64,000 nucleotides of DNA from Candidatus Multivoradales bacterium (GTDB taxonomy: Bacteria; Acidobacteriota; Thermoanaerobaculia; Multivoradales; JAHEKO01): contig CBDFIJ010000004.1 of assembly GCA_965248055.1 (NCBI GenBank), forward strand, positions 1,216,001 to 1,280,000, given 5' to 3'. This document shows, piece after piece, positions 10,486 to 20,475 of the stretch; position 1 is the first letter of the stretch; each line of letters opens with the position of its first letter. The notes beneath the pieces are model-generated. The model searched no databases and was not told where the DNA came from. It saw nothing but the letters and a program-made list of their open reading frames with translations. The position numbers and the translations under genes are program-made.

Positions 10486-11068
10486 ACTCGAACTTGGTTA
10501 GGGCCTTATCCACTTCTGCCACTGCCCGCACCGCATTAAGTACTTCGTTCGCCGGTGGGCGCTTGCGGTAATTCTCATCGGAAAACACAGCCCTGACTCT
10601 TTGCTCCTGATCCACCACCACCACGGTCGGATGGGGCACGGTCTTGTCGTGTCGCTCGTTGCGAATACCGTAGCGCTCGAACGTCTCACCGTCCGAGTCG
10701 TGGAGCATCTTGTAGGAGATCCCTTTCTTGTCACGGAAGGAGCGCATGCGCTCTGGGTCGTCAGCGCTGACTGCCCATACCTGAGCGCCGAAGGCGTCAA
10801 ACTGTTTGATCTGTTCTTGCAGCTTCCCGAGCTGCGCTCTGCACCATGGTCACCAAACACCGCGGAAGAAAACCAGCACCACAGGTCCATCGGACACCGC
10901 TGCCGACAGTTTCGCATGATCACCATCGATAGACTCTAGGGAAAAATCAGGGGCTACGTCTCCACTGGCAACGAGTGTGGGCGACTCGGCCCCCTGTGGC
11001 CATGCACTGGTCGTTGCCACAGCCGCCAGAAACAAAAAGGTCGAAACGCGAAACCCTAGCCTTGTCAT
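10484..11068 (-). CDS. Exported peroxiredoxin-like (AhpC/TSA) selenoprotein, UxxC motif
   Basis: ORFs 10850..11068 and 10484..10747 are one frame joined across TGA 10852-10850: APDFSL...VLVFFRGVW-U-PWCRAQLG...AVSAD...HPTVVVVD (thioredoxin fold); SECIS-like hairpin follows. Confidence 0.88.
10819..10835 (-). promoter_or_regulatory. Putative bacterial SECIS hairpin
   Basis: Minus strand GCAGCU-CGGGA-AGCUGC, a perfect 6-bp stem with G-rich loop, 14 nt 3' of the in-frame UGA. Confidence 0.65.
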
Positions 11069-11185
11069 ACCGCGAGTCTATTCCAAAGACGACTAGACCG
11101 TCGACGGCGGAGAATTCCAACCCGCAGCCTTAAAGTCGCTTCCCTCCCTATTTTCTTTCATCAGGTTTTCTTTCATCACGGTATT

Positions 11186-11249
11186 GACAAATAAACTTGA
11201 CATCGGGGGTCCGATGGTGGGACACTTCGTTTTGTCAAGTTAATTTAAC
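11186..11249 (+). promoter_or_regulatory. AT-rich promoter with two imperfect GTCAAG-N4-CTTGAC operators
   Basis: GACAAA-TAAA-CTTGAC (11186-11201) and GTCAAG-TTAA-TTTAAC (11234-11249); TTGACA hexamers overlap the first site. Confidence 0.55.
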
Positions 11250-11307
11250 TTATAGACAAAGACATACGACATGAATAATCTCATCCTCCTACCTTCTGGG
11301 GTCTTCA

Positions 11308-12240
11308 ATGCCAGATAGCGTCATCGAAGTTTCCAACCTGCGCAAAGCGTACGGTTCCACACTTGCGGTTAACGATGTTTCGTTCACCGTACAAGAGGGT
11401 GAGATCTTCGGACTGATCGGCCCCAACGGTGCCGGCAAGACCACCACCATGGAGTGCGTCGAAGGTATTAGGTCCAAAGACGCGGGAACGATCTCGGTGT
11501 TCGGACTGGATCCCATCAAGGACGAACGACGGCTGCAGAGTCGTATCGGCGTTCAACTCCAGCAGGCACAACTGCAAAAGCGCATCAAGGTTTGGGAAGC
11601 CTTGGACTTGTGGTCCTCGCTCTACCCAACAACAACCGTAGACGGCGACGACCTGATGGAGCAACTTGGTCTCAGCGACAAACGCGATGCTTGGTTTATG
11701 ACCCTTTCAGGAGGCCAAAAACAACGTTTGTTTATCGCCTTGGCCTTGATCAACGACCCCGACGTCGTGTTTCTCGATGAATTGACCACCGGCCTCGACC
11801 CCCAAGCACGGCGAACCATCTGGGGACTGGTGCAGGGAATTCGAGAGCGAGGAAAGTCCGTGTTCTTGACCACCCATTTGATGGAAGAGGCAGAGCGGCT
11901 CTGCGACCGGGTGGCGATTATCGAGCACGGCAAAGTCATCGAGATCGACACTCCCAGCGCCCTTGTTCAGCGCCATTGTCCTCAGCGCAGCGTGGTCTTC
12001 TCCAGTCACATGGATAACGCGCAGCAGCAGTTGGCCACCATCCCTGGACTCAAGAGCGTTGACGCTGAGACAACTAACAAGACGCCGCGCTACACCGTGA
12101 CTGGCGATGGTGATGCCTTCGTCAGCGATGCAATTCGATTTATTGCGACCCACGCAAACGACCTCAACGACCTACGCACGGTAACGCCGACTCTGGAAGA
12201 TGTGTTCTTGAAGCTCACCGGACACACCATCCGCGACTAA
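11308..12240 (+). CDS. ABC-2 type transporter ATP-binding protein
   Basis: GPNGAGKTT, LSGGQKQR, FLDELTTGLDP, TTHLMEEAE. Confidence 0.95.
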   Translation: MPDSVIEVSNLRKAYGSTLAVNDVSFTVQEGEIFGLIGPNGAGKTTTMECVEGIRSKDAGTISVFGLDPIKDERRLQSRIGVQLQQAQLQKRIKVWEALDLWSSLYPTTTVDGDDLMEQLGLSDKRDAWFMTLSGGQKQRLFIALALINDPDVVFLDELTTGLDPQARRTIWGLVQGIRERGKSVFLTTHLMEEAERLCDRVAIIEHGKVIEIDTPSALVQRHCPQRSVVFSSHMDNAQQQLATIPGLKSVDAETTNKTPRYTVTGDGDAFVSDAIRFIATHANDLNDLRTVTPTLEDVFLKLTGHTIRD

Positions 12241-12248
12241 AGGGAAAA

Positions 12249-12998
12249 ATGATGCTACGCGGCCTCGGAAAACTGACCTGGTTGGAGATCAAGATCTTCT
12301 TGCGGGAACCCATGGGAGTGTTTGGCACCGTGCTGATTCCGGTGGCATTGTTCGTATTACTAACTCGGATGATCGGATCCCGAGCTACTCCCTCGGAAGA
12401 CGCGCTGACTTTCGCTCGCGTTCGACTGCCGGTTCTGGTGATCATGTTCATTCTCTTGGGAGCAGTCACTTCACTGGTAGCGGTGATCTCGATTTACCGC
12501 GAAGGCGGCATCTTGAAACGCCTGAGAGCCACGCCGCTACGCCCCACCACGATTCTGGTCGCTCATGTGATCGTCAAACTGATCTTGAGTCTGGTGACCT
12601 TCGGCCTGTTGGCCTTGGTCGGTCGGAGGGTCTACCTCTTCGACCTCACGGTGCATCCGGTGAGTTTCATGCTGGCGCTACTGCTCTGTCTCGCCAGCAT
12701 CGTCTCAATTGGATTCATCATTGCCAGCGCGGTCCCAACCGCGCGTTTCGCGCAGCCTCTGGCGAGTGCCGTTCTCTATCCAATGCTGGCGCTATCAGGA
12801 TTGTTCGTTCCCATCTCGCGGCTGCCAGATCTGTGGCAAAAGATCGCCCAATCATTGCCCTTGACTCACGCAGCCCAGCTAATGCAGGGAATCTGGACCG
12901 GTGACCCCTGGGGAGCTCATTTCGCCAATGTCATCGCACTGTGTGTCTTTTTTGTCGTCTTTACCGTTATCGCTGCACGTTTCTTTCGATGGGAATAG
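12249..12998 (+). CDS. ABC-2 type transporter permease
   Basis: About 6 TM segments; REGGILKRLRATP, LSGLFVP, C-terminal FRWE. Confidence 0.92.
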   Translation: MMLRGLGKLTWLEIKIFLREPMGVFGTVLIPVALFVLLTRMIGSRATPSEDALTFARVRLPVLVIMFILLGAVTSLVAVISIYREGGILKRLRATPLRPTTILVAHVIVKLILSLVTFGLLALVGRRVYLFDLTVHPVSFMLALLLCLASIVSIGFIIASAVPTARFAQPLASAVLYPMLALSGLFVPISRLPDLWQKIAQSLPLTHAAQLMQGIWTGDPWGAHFANVIALCVFFVVFTVIAARFFRWE

Positions 12999-13037
12999 CC
13001 GGCTTTTGAAAGAGCCCTTTACCAGCCAGGAAATTCC

Positions 13038-13466
13038 ATGACCCAAGAACCCCTTGCCATAGCAAACAATTGCCACACAACCGAGAATAGTCGCCGCAAC
13101 GAGTTGCGTACAGCGCTTTCGACCTTGATATGGGTCGGCTCTTGGCTACTGGTGCTCAAGGCAATCAAGAGCGAGATACTGACCCCCGGGCCGCTGGCCT
13201 ACGCCGCTATTCTCGCCACCATCGCACTGGGCGTCATCACCGTCATTTCGTTCATCCATATGTTGCGAGAAGCCGACGAACTCCAGCGCAAGATCAATCT
13301 TGACGCGCTAGCTTTTTCCGTCGGTGTAGGCGTGGTGGGAGGCCTTACATCGCAGCTCCTGACCGTCGTTGGCCTGGTACCGGAAGATGCCTTCACCTAC
13401 ATCATCACCGCGATGATGGTCAGCTACAGCCTTGGCGTGATCATCGGCCATCGTCGCTACTCATGA
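13038..13466 (+). CDS. Hypothetical 4-TM membrane protein
   Basis: Hydrophobic segments with DELQRKI motif; ATGA-coupled to the downstream XRE gene. Confidence 0.8.
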   Translation: MTQEPLAIANNCHTTENSRRNELRTALSTLIWVGSWLLVLKAIKSEILTPGPLAYAAILATIALGVITVISFIHMLREADELQRKINLDALAFSVGVGVVGGLTSQLLTVVGLVPEDAFTYIITAMMVSYSLGVIIGHRRYS

Positions 13467-13663
13467 AGAACCGGCTCAAGGTACTGCGCGCCGAACACGA
13501 TTGGACCCAGGCTCATTTAGCCCAAGAACTCAAGGTCTCTCGACAGACGGTCAACGCTATTGAAACCGGCAAATTCGACCCCAGTTTGCCGCTGGCCTTT
13601 CGTATCGCCCGGCTGTTTGACATGGCGATCGAGGAAGTGTTCCAACCGAGACCGCAGGACTAG
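13463..13663 (+). CDS. XRE/Cro-C1 HTH regulator
   Basis: MKNRLKVLRAE...TQAHLA...VSRQTVNAIETGKFDPSLPLAF. Confidence 0.93.
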   Translation: MKNRLKVLRAEHDWTQAHLAQELKVSRQTVNAIETGKFDPSLPLAFRIARLFDMAIEEVFQPRPQD

Positions 13664-13680
13664 CACCTCCGTTGAGCTGG

Positions 13681-15489
13681 CTACTCGCGCCAGTACGCAA
13701 CCTCTTCCAACAGTCGAGTCGCCACGTTCCGCTGGGGTCCGGGTTTGGAATCCACGATCAACGCTTGGAGAGTTTCGACAGCCCGATCCCACTCTTGGCT
13801 TTGATAGGCGACCACCGCCTGGCTGTAGCGCTCAGCGAACTGGTTGTAGGCCTTAACTTTACTTACACTGTCGATCCATTCGGTTGCTTTGGCCCGCAAG
13901 GCATCGCTGGTGGTACGCGCTTGTACTTCGCTGAGAACTCCCAACGCATCGCTTAGGCGGTCCGCTTTCATATGCTCCCGGGCTTCGCGCATCGACAACT
14001 GCAGCAATAGCTCTCGACCCCGCAGAACCAGGCTGGGCGCGGTACCCATCGCAGCCAGTCGAGTCAAATGCTCGCGTACATCAGCGGATTGCCCGCGTTT
14101 GGCTTTCATCAGTAGCAAGTTGTAGAGCAAGTCATCTCGCCCAGGTAGCTGCCGCACAATCTTTTCGCCCACTTCGATCCCCCGATCGGGGACTTTGGTT
14201 TGACCGGCATAGGCGAGCGCCAGCCGTTCCCAGCAGACCACGTTGCCAGGCTCTCGCGAAACACAGCCCTCCAGCTGCGCAACAGCTTCCTTACGCAGCA
14301 GCTCTGATTCAGCGTCTTTTCGGGCTCCAGCGGTCCTGACCAAGGCTTGACCTAGAAGCTGTGCCGCCCGACCGGTGCTCGACTCCAGCGCAACCGCCTT
14401 TCGAGCGGCATCGACCGCGTCGCCCCACCTCTCTTGGCGCACCCGGGTTTCCGCCAAGAGGGTCCAGGCATGAGCGTTCTCTGGATGCTGTTGGGTCACC
14501 GCCTCTATCTGCGCACCAACTCGATCCAGTTGGCTTCCCTCTTGATTAGGCAGGGTAAACAACTGCAACTCCAACAAGCTCAGGTGGGCTTGTTCGGGGG
14601 AGAGATTTCTTGACCTGAGTTGCGGAATTGTCAAATCGGAAACTGGAATCTTAAGATACAGAAATCGATCTCCCTTGATGTGCTCCAAAGCCCTCTTCTC
14701 AAGCTCCAACGGAGAAGTGCCAAACGCGGAGCGAAATGCACGGGAAGGTCGTTCCAGGTCTTCGATCAGGCGCATGTATTCGTTGAGCTGTTGGCCAAAT
14801 TCTTCCTCTTGCAGAATCAAGTAGTGAACCAACGCCCAGCAACGTGCACTGTAGTCGGCGATCTCCACCGCTTGCCTCTCGTTTGCACTCAAGATGATTC
14901 CCAACGGCGGCCCTGAACCGTTCCCCAACTGCCACAAATGACTCTGAATAGGCAGCCCGATCGAGAAGTGCCCTTCGCCCATCTCAAACGAACTGTAGAA
15001 CTCGGCTAGTCCGTAGCGGAACCACAGCGGCAGCCCAGGGAAATGGGTGGTCAAAATCTGATGTACCGCCTGACGATAGACCGCCTTCATTCCTCCTTGG
15101 TTTGCCGCCAAGAATGCTCCGTACGAACCGGATCGGTGAGGAACCAGATAACCCGCAACTCCAGGTCCACCCACCTCGTAAGAAGCGAACCCCTTGTGAC
15201 TGGAGAAGGCAAACAGCGTCACCGGAATCGGATTGCTCAGGTCTCTGGGAGAAAGCTGGTTCGCCGCAGCGACTACCTGCTCAGCCGAGAAAGCAACTTG
15301 CTGCGCTTCGACCCAAGGCAGGTCGGTGTAGATGTGGAAGTTGTCGCTCTCGACCTTGATCCAACCCTCGCCATGAACCGGGATAACCGAGTTCAAGGCG
15401 ACCAATATCGCCAGCGCCTGTGCCCATCGCAGCCAACGATTCCGGCTTGTCTGAGGACCGACTCCGGCCACACTTTCTAATCGCAACAT
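13681..15489 (-). CDS. Exported TPR protein with degenerate DUF1570/gluzincin-like domain
   Basis: Signal peptide; W..VESDNF..YTD; PLWFRYGLAEFYS; C-terminal TPR-like helices; GGAGGAG RBS before ATG 15489. Confidence 0.75.
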   Translation of the reverse strand: MLRLESVAGVGPQTSRNRWLRWAQALAILVALNSVIPVHGEGWIKVESDNFHIYTDLPWVEAQQVAFSAEQVVAAANQLSPRDLSNPIPVTLFAFSSHKGFASYEVGGPGVAGYLVPHRSGSYGAFLAANQGGMKAVYRQAVHQILTTHFPGLPLWFRYGLAEFYSSFEMGEGHFSIGLPIQSHLWQLGNGSGPPLGIILSANERQAVEIADYSARCWALVHYLILQEEEFGQQLNEYMRLIEDLERPSRAFRSAFGTSPLELEKRALEHIKGDRFLYLKIPVSDLTIPQLRSRNLSPEQAHLSLLELQLFTLPNQEGSQLDRVGAQIEAVTQQHPENAHAWTLLAETRVRQERWGDAVDAARKAVALESSTGRAAQLLGQALVRTAGARKDAESELLRKEAVAQLEGCVSREPGNVVCWERLALAYAGQTKVPDRGIEVGEKIVRQLPGRDDLLYNLLLMKAKRGQSADVREHLTRLAAMGTAPSLVLRGRELLLQLSMREAREHMKADRLSDALGVLSEVQARTTSDALRAKATEWIDSVSKVKAYNQFAERYSQAVVAYQSQEWDRAVETLQALIVDSKPGPQRNVATRLLEEVAYWRE

Positions 15490-15595
15490 AGGCTCCTCCT
15501 CCACGAGGCTTCTTATCCGAACGCAACGAGTATATGCGGAGAGCAAACGCAACAGAAGGAGATCAGGCCGCGTAGCCGAGTGGTAACGTCCTACC

Positions 15596-16141
15596 ATGCC
15601 ATTTCGATTCGACAGCGCAACCCAGATTCTCGAACGGACGCCAGATGTTCTTGAACGGTTGCTAGCCGACCTCAGCGATGACCCATGGATCTATGGCAAT
15701 GAAGGTCCGGATACTTTCAGTCCCTTCGACGTGGTCGGCCACCTCATCCACGGCGAGAATACTGATTGGATTCCGCGTATGGAGATCATCCTCACCCAGG
15801 GCACTGGGCGGCCCTTCGATCGCTACGACCGCTTTGGCCAGGCGCGTGAAAGTCAGGGCAAGACGATGGCCCAGCTTCTGGACGAATTTCGCACCTTGCG
15901 AATGCTGAACCTAGAACGACTGGCATCCAAGAATTTAGGCTTGGATGAACTTGCGTTGACCGGGATGCACCCTGGCTTGGGCGAGGTCACCCTCCAGCAG
16001 TTGCTTGCAGCCTGGGTGGTCCACGACCTCGGCCATATCGCTCAGATCTCCAGAGTAATGGCCAAGCAACTCATCGAAGCGGTGGGCCCTTGGACCGAGT
16101 ACATGGCCGTCCTTAGGGATCGACCTGTTCCCAACCCCTGA
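15596..16141 (+). CDS. DinB/YfiT family protein
   Basis: DVVGHLIHGE...WVVHDLGHIAQ metal-binding histidines. Confidence 0.88.
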   Translation: MPFRFDSATQILERTPDVLERLLADLSDDPWIYGNEGPDTFSPFDVVGHLIHGENTDWIPRMEIILTQGTGRPFDRYDRFGQARESQGKTMAQLLDEFRTLRMLNLERLASKNLGLDELALTGMHPGLGEVTLQQLLAAWVVHDLGHIAQISRVMAKQLIEAVGPWTEYMAVLRDRPVPNP

Positions 16142-16154
16142 GCACCAACTCGAC

Positions 16155-18383
16155 CTACAGATAACCCAGAGCGCGTAGGCTCTCTTCGGTTTCCTCGTCC
16201 AGTTCGCCAAGCTCTTCACCGGCTTCAATCCGAGTACCGACGTCAATCCAAGACATCAGTCGTTGCCACAACCAGTCGGCTTCCATGAGCGGTTCACCGG
16301 CCAAGTTGACCCTCTCTTCGGGATCGGATTCCAGATCAAAGACGTACTCGGCGTCGAATCCCCGACCGCGACCTTGTCCCATCCCCCAGCGACCACCGCC
16401 ACGGCTTCCCTGCCGAGGCGCATAAACCACTTTGTAGCGCTTGGAACGCGCCATGAAGATGCCACCTTTGACCGAGGCCGCGGCGGCAAAGACAACATCC
16501 TTGTCCGGGGTTTCTGCGCGCCGACGACCGTCCATATAGGGCCACAGAGAATCTCCGGTCACAGGATTGTCGGGCTGACTTCCAGCTATCAACCCGGCTA
16601 GGGTACTCTGCAGATCCACGTTGTCGGTCAGCTCCTCTACGCGCCCTTTGGCCACGGTACCGGGCCACCATGCCACCAAGGGAATTCGCAGCATCTCGTC
16701 ATAGAGGGTGTACCCGTGGAGAACACCGCCTCGCTCAAACAGCTCTTCACCGTGATCCGAAGTCAGAAAAAAGAGCACTTCTTTCTTGTCGTAGCGTTGC
16801 AGCACTTGGTCGATAAAGGTGTCTATATGCGCGTCGTTGTAGGCGACACTGGCGGTGTAGAGACCCTTCAACCGCTCCTTGTCGTCGTTATTAACCTTGA
16901 CTCTGTGGGTCCGAATGCCCTTGAGGTTATCGGTCGAACCACTGATGGTTGATCCGTTCTCAGGAGCAAATTGACTCAAGAACGGCTCAGGTGGATCGTA
17001 GGGGTTGTGGGGGTGCACGGTTTGAATGTGGACAAACGCGCGATCGGTGGTCTCAAGCTGGTCGAGCCAGGCGAGCGTCTCTCGGTGGATCACTTCGGCA
17101 TTGTTGTTGTAACCCGCTGCGCGGCGGCTCTTACTCCCCCGCCACAGCACCTTGCTGGAGTCGGTCTCAAACCCACGCGTCATACCCAACCAGGACGAAA
17201 CGTTGCCGTTGCCAGAGAACAATCCAGTTCTATACCCTGCGTCGTGAAAACGCTCAGCGAGAGTAGGGCCACTGGCTCTGTCCAACTTATGGCCACCCTT
17301 AAGCAGGAACTTCTGGCCAGTCAAGATGCTCTTGGTCGAGGGCACGGTATTGGGAGCCACGCTGAAATGGTTGACGAAGGTGGTCCCTTGGTCCGCCAAT
17401 CGATCGATAGTCGGAGAAACTCCCTCGGGTCCTCCCAAGTGGCCAAGATAGTCGCTACGCAAGGCGTCCATGATGTAGAGAACGATCAACTTCGGCGGTT
17501 CGGGTGCGGCCGGAAGCGGCGGCGGCCCCTCTTTACCAGCGCGGACCGTCAACCCACGCCACTCGGCAGCGGGTCCCGCACCCTGGGCAAAGAATTGAAA
17601 CCGACCAAAGCCCGCTGGAACCGAGCTCGAGAACGAACTCACCCCGTCTACGTCTATTCCCTGTTGCCACTCAAAGATCTTCTTCTGCCCCTCGGAAGTT
17701 TCTAACTGCAACCAGAATCTCTGCCCGGCTTGCGCTCGCGTCGGCGAGCGAAAACTCCCACTCACCTCAGTCTTTTGGTCAAACTGGCGCACCAACTCGG
17801 CCAGGGAATAACCCGACTGCACGAGGTCGCCGGCATCGGTCACTTGGACCTCTCCCTTGTCCTTTCTCTTCAACTCGAGAGATTTGACGACCAGCTCATT
17901 GCCCTCTGGAAGGCGAAGATCCAGGTTCACCCGCCCCAGTTTCTGCTCCTGAGGAATCACCAGTTCCATCTTGCGCTTGAGTGGGATCGACTGCCATGGA
18001 CGCCCGTCAACGCGGTACTCAACAGTGCCGTTCTCGTGGGGTCGGATCGCCGCTTTCAAGGTCAATTTGCGCGACCTCTGCTCGAGGTGAACAATTTGGA
18101 TCCTAGCCTCGCCTCGTGGCTCCAGTTGGGGATCATTGCGCCGCGCGCGATCTCTCCATCCTTTGATGAAGCGATTCCCCTTTTTCGAAGCCGGCAACGA
18201 AATTCCACGGCCCTCGACCAAGATCACCGGCTCGTGCAGCGCATCAATCAGGCGAGTCTTCACCTTAGGGCCACCGCATGCCGCCAGACCCATCAACAGA
18301 ATCGTAAGAACCAAGGGCCCGATGGGCTTGCAAGCTCCCGTTCGGTGAAAAGTGTTTCGCTTCAAATTGAAATTCCCGCGCAT
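16155..18383 (-). CDS. Sulfatase-like hydrolase (Thr-type), probable lipoprotein
   Basis: LAAC lipobox; YIMDALRSD, PNTVPSTKSILTG, HPHNPY, TSDHGEE, HGYTLY, C-terminal LRALGYL. Confidence 0.85.
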   Translation of the reverse strand: MRGNFNLKRNTFHRTGACKPIGPLVLTILLMGLAACGGPKVKTRLIDALHEPVILVEGRGISLPASKKGNRFIKGWRDRARRNDPQLEPRGEARIQIVHLEQRSRKLTLKAAIRPHENGTVEYRVDGRPWQSIPLKRKMELVIPQEQKLGRVNLDLRLPEGNELVVKSLELKRKDKGEVQVTDAGDLVQSGYSLAELVRQFDQKTEVSGSFRSPTRAQAGQRFWLQLETSEGQKKIFEWQQGIDVDGVSSFSSSVPAGFGRFQFFAQGAGPAAEWRGLTVRAGKEGPPPLPAAPEPPKLIVLYIMDALRSDYLGHLGGPEGVSPTIDRLADQGTTFVNHFSVAPNTVPSTKSILTGQKFLLKGGHKLDRASGPTLAERFHDAGYRTGLFSGNGNVSSWLGMTRGFETDSSKVLWRGSKSRRAAGYNNNAEVIHRETLAWLDQLETTDRAFVHIQTVHPHNPYDPPEPFLSQFAPENGSTISGSTDNLKGIRTHRVKVNNDDKERLKGLYTASVAYNDAHIDTFIDQVLQRYDKKEVLFFLTSDHGEELFERGGVLHGYTLYDEMLRIPLVAWWPGTVAKGRVEELTDNVDLQSTLAGLIAGSQPDNPVTGDSLWPYMDGRRRAETPDKDVVFAAAASVKGGIFMARSKRYKVVYAPRQGSRGGGRWGMGQGRGRGFDAEYVFDLESDPEERVNLAGEPLMEADWLWQRLMSWIDVGTRIEAGEELGELDEETEESLRALGYL

Positions 18384-18509
18384 GGTCAATAGTGCTCCCT
18401 TGGCGGGGATTCTACAGACCACGGGCGAACTTGGCTGACCCGTCTTCCACCGCTGCCGAACCGACACCCCGGCGAAAATGCCCCCTGCGGTGAGTGCTAA
18501 CCTTCATAG

Positions 18510-19304
18510 GTGCGCCAATACCTCGACCTTGTGCAGCACATCCTCGACCACGGGGTCGACAAAGGAGACCGTACTGGGATCGGGACACGCAGTGTATTTG
18601 GCCATCAGTTGCGGTTTCCGCTGGCGAATGGTTTTCCTCTGCTGACCACCAAGAAGCTGCACACTCGGTCGATTTTTCACGAGCTGTTGTGGTTCCTTTC
18701 CGGGGATTCCAATATCCGCTACTTGAAAGAAAACGGAGTGCGGATCTGGGATGAATGGGCGGATGCCGATGGCAATCTAGGGCCGGTATACGGAGTGCAG
18801 TGGCGATCGTGGCCAACCCCAGACGGTCGCACGGTGGACCAGATCAGCAACGTCCTTGCGGCCATCCGCAACAATCCCGACTCACGACGACACATTGTCA
18901 ACGCTTGGAACGTGGCTGAAGTTGACAGCATGGCTCTGCCGCCGTGCCACACCTTGTTTCAGTTCTACATTGCCCAAGGCAAGCTTTCTTGCCAGCTCTA
19001 CATGCGCAGCGCCGATGTTTTCCTCGGGGTGCCGTTCAACATCGCGTCGTATTCTCTGCTCACACACATGGTCGCCCAGGTGACGAATCTCGAAGTCGGC
19101 GATTTCGTGCTCAGTTTTGGCGATGTCCACCTCTACTCCAATCATTTCGAGCAGGCCCGCAAACAACTCGGCCGCCAGCCAAGGTCTTTGGCCCAATTGG
19201 CACTCAACCCTAAGGTCACGGATCTCTTCGCTTTCACCTTCAAAGACATTCAAGTCCTCAATTACGATCCTCACCCCAGCATTCCCGCCCCCATCGCGGT
19301 CTAG
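18510..19304 (+). CDS. thyA: Thymidylate synthase
   Basis: [42 protein letters not shown]. Confidence 0.98.
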   Translation: MRQYLDLVQHILDHGVDKGDRTGIGTRSVFGHQLRFPLANGFPLLTTKKLHTRSIFHELLWFLSGDSNIRYLKENGVRIWDEWADADGNLGPVYGVQWRSWPTPDGRTVDQISNVLAAIRNNPDSRRHIVNAWNVAEVDSMALPPCHTLFQFYIAQGKLSCQLYMRSADVFLGVPFNIASYSLLTHMVAQVTNLEVGDFVLSFGDVHLYSNHFEQARKQLGRQPRSLAQLALNPKVTDLFAFTFKDIQVLNYDPHPSIPAPIAV

Positions 19305-19417
19305 CTAACGTCTTCCCGCTCGCTTCGACTCCTTGGCTGAGAGTCGATCACCGTACGCCTGAGCTATGATCAGATCAACAGTGGTCAAACCCCACCGGGG
19401 AGACACAAGGAGGCGTT

Positions 19418-19822
19418 ATGAATTGGTCGAAAGCTTTGATCGCAGGAGTGGTCGGTGGAATTGTGCTTTTCTTCGCGGACTTCGTGATGCACGGCATGAT
19501 CATGGGCAGTACCTACGCTAAATACCCAGCGCTATTCGTTCAAGAAGAAGGCGGTATCCACTGGTTCTTGTTGATCTCCCTGTGCATCGGCATCGCCCTA
19601 GCGATTCTGTTCGCCAAAACCCGGCAGTGCTGGGCTGATGGGGCCAAGGGTGGCGCGACCTTTGGTTTCTGGGTCGGGCTAGTGGTTTTCTTCACTCCCT
19701 TTTACAGCACCCTGGTCATCATCGGCTTCCCCTACTACCTGGCGTGGTGTCAGGGCGGAATCGTGTTGATCGGTATGATGATCGTGGGCGCCGCAATGGG
19801 CATGATCTACAAGCGCGGCTAG
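19418..19822 (+). CDS. Hypothetical 4-TM membrane protein
   Basis: Strong AAGGAGG RBS, four hydrophobic segments, hairpin after the stop. Confidence 0.8.
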   Translation: MNWSKALIAGVVGGIVLFFADFVMHGMIMGSTYAKYPALFVQEEGGIHWFLLISLCIGIALAILFAKTRQCWADGAKGGATFGFWVGLVVFFTPFYSTLVIIGFPYYLAWCQGGIVLIGMMIVGAAMGMIYKRG

Positions 19823-19942
19823 CTCTTCGTCCTTTCCTGTGGAGGGTTGGGTGGTCGCTCAATCCTCCGCAAATGACTTTCTCTTGACCAGATATTCATC
19901 TTGATACTGGTTCAGGGAATTGTTTCGCCAAGTCGCAATCTC

Positions 19943-20458
19943 ATGAAAAAATCCATCATCGTTGCCATCGCCTGGAACGGAGTCATCGGACACGACGGCG
20001 ACTTGCCGTGGCGGCTACCCGCTGATCTCAAGTACTTTAAGAAGACCACCATGGGTCATCACCTGCTGATGGGTCGTAAGACCTACCAATCGATCGGAAA
20101 GCCGCTTCCGGGGCGCAAGATCATTGTCCTATCCACCAGTGGCTTTGATCCCGACCTGCCCGCAGAGACCGAGCCCGAGGCGGTTACAGTCGCCGCTAAC
20201 CTTGAAGACGCCTTCACGTTGGCTTCAGATCGAGGCGAAGAGGAGTTGATGATCGCTGGCGGAGCGAAGATTTATCAACAGGTGATGGATCGAGTGGATC
20301 GGCTCTACGTCACGCGAGTGGACTCGTCGTTTGAGGGAGACGTGTCCTTTGCGTTTATCGACCCAGAAATATGGTCTCTGGCCGACGAGCGTTACCACCT
20401 GCCGGATGATCGAAACGAGTATCCGATGCGCTTTCAGGTGTGGGATCGAGAGGAGTAG
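19943..20458 (+). CDS. folA: Dihydrofolate reductase
   Basis: NGVIG..GDLPWRLPADLKYFK, MGRKTYQSIGKPLPGR, IAGGAKIY. Confidence 0.96.
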   Translation: MKKSIIVAIAWNGVIGHDGDLPWRLPADLKYFKKTTMGHHLLMGRKTYQSIGKPLPGRKIIVLSTSGFDPDLPAETEPEAVTVAANLEDAFTLASDRGEEELMIAGGAKIYQQVMDRVDRLYVTRVDSSFEGDVSFAFIDPEIWSLADERYHLPDDRNEYPMRFQVWDREE

Positions 20459-20475
20459 GCGGGACTGGCCATCCC

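Noticed and set aside
10484-11068. Pseudogene calls for the split peroxiredoxin-like gene (and for N-truncated selD)
   Set aside because: Each has a single TGA exactly at the catalytic Cys column with a downstream hairpin; Sec recoding explains both.
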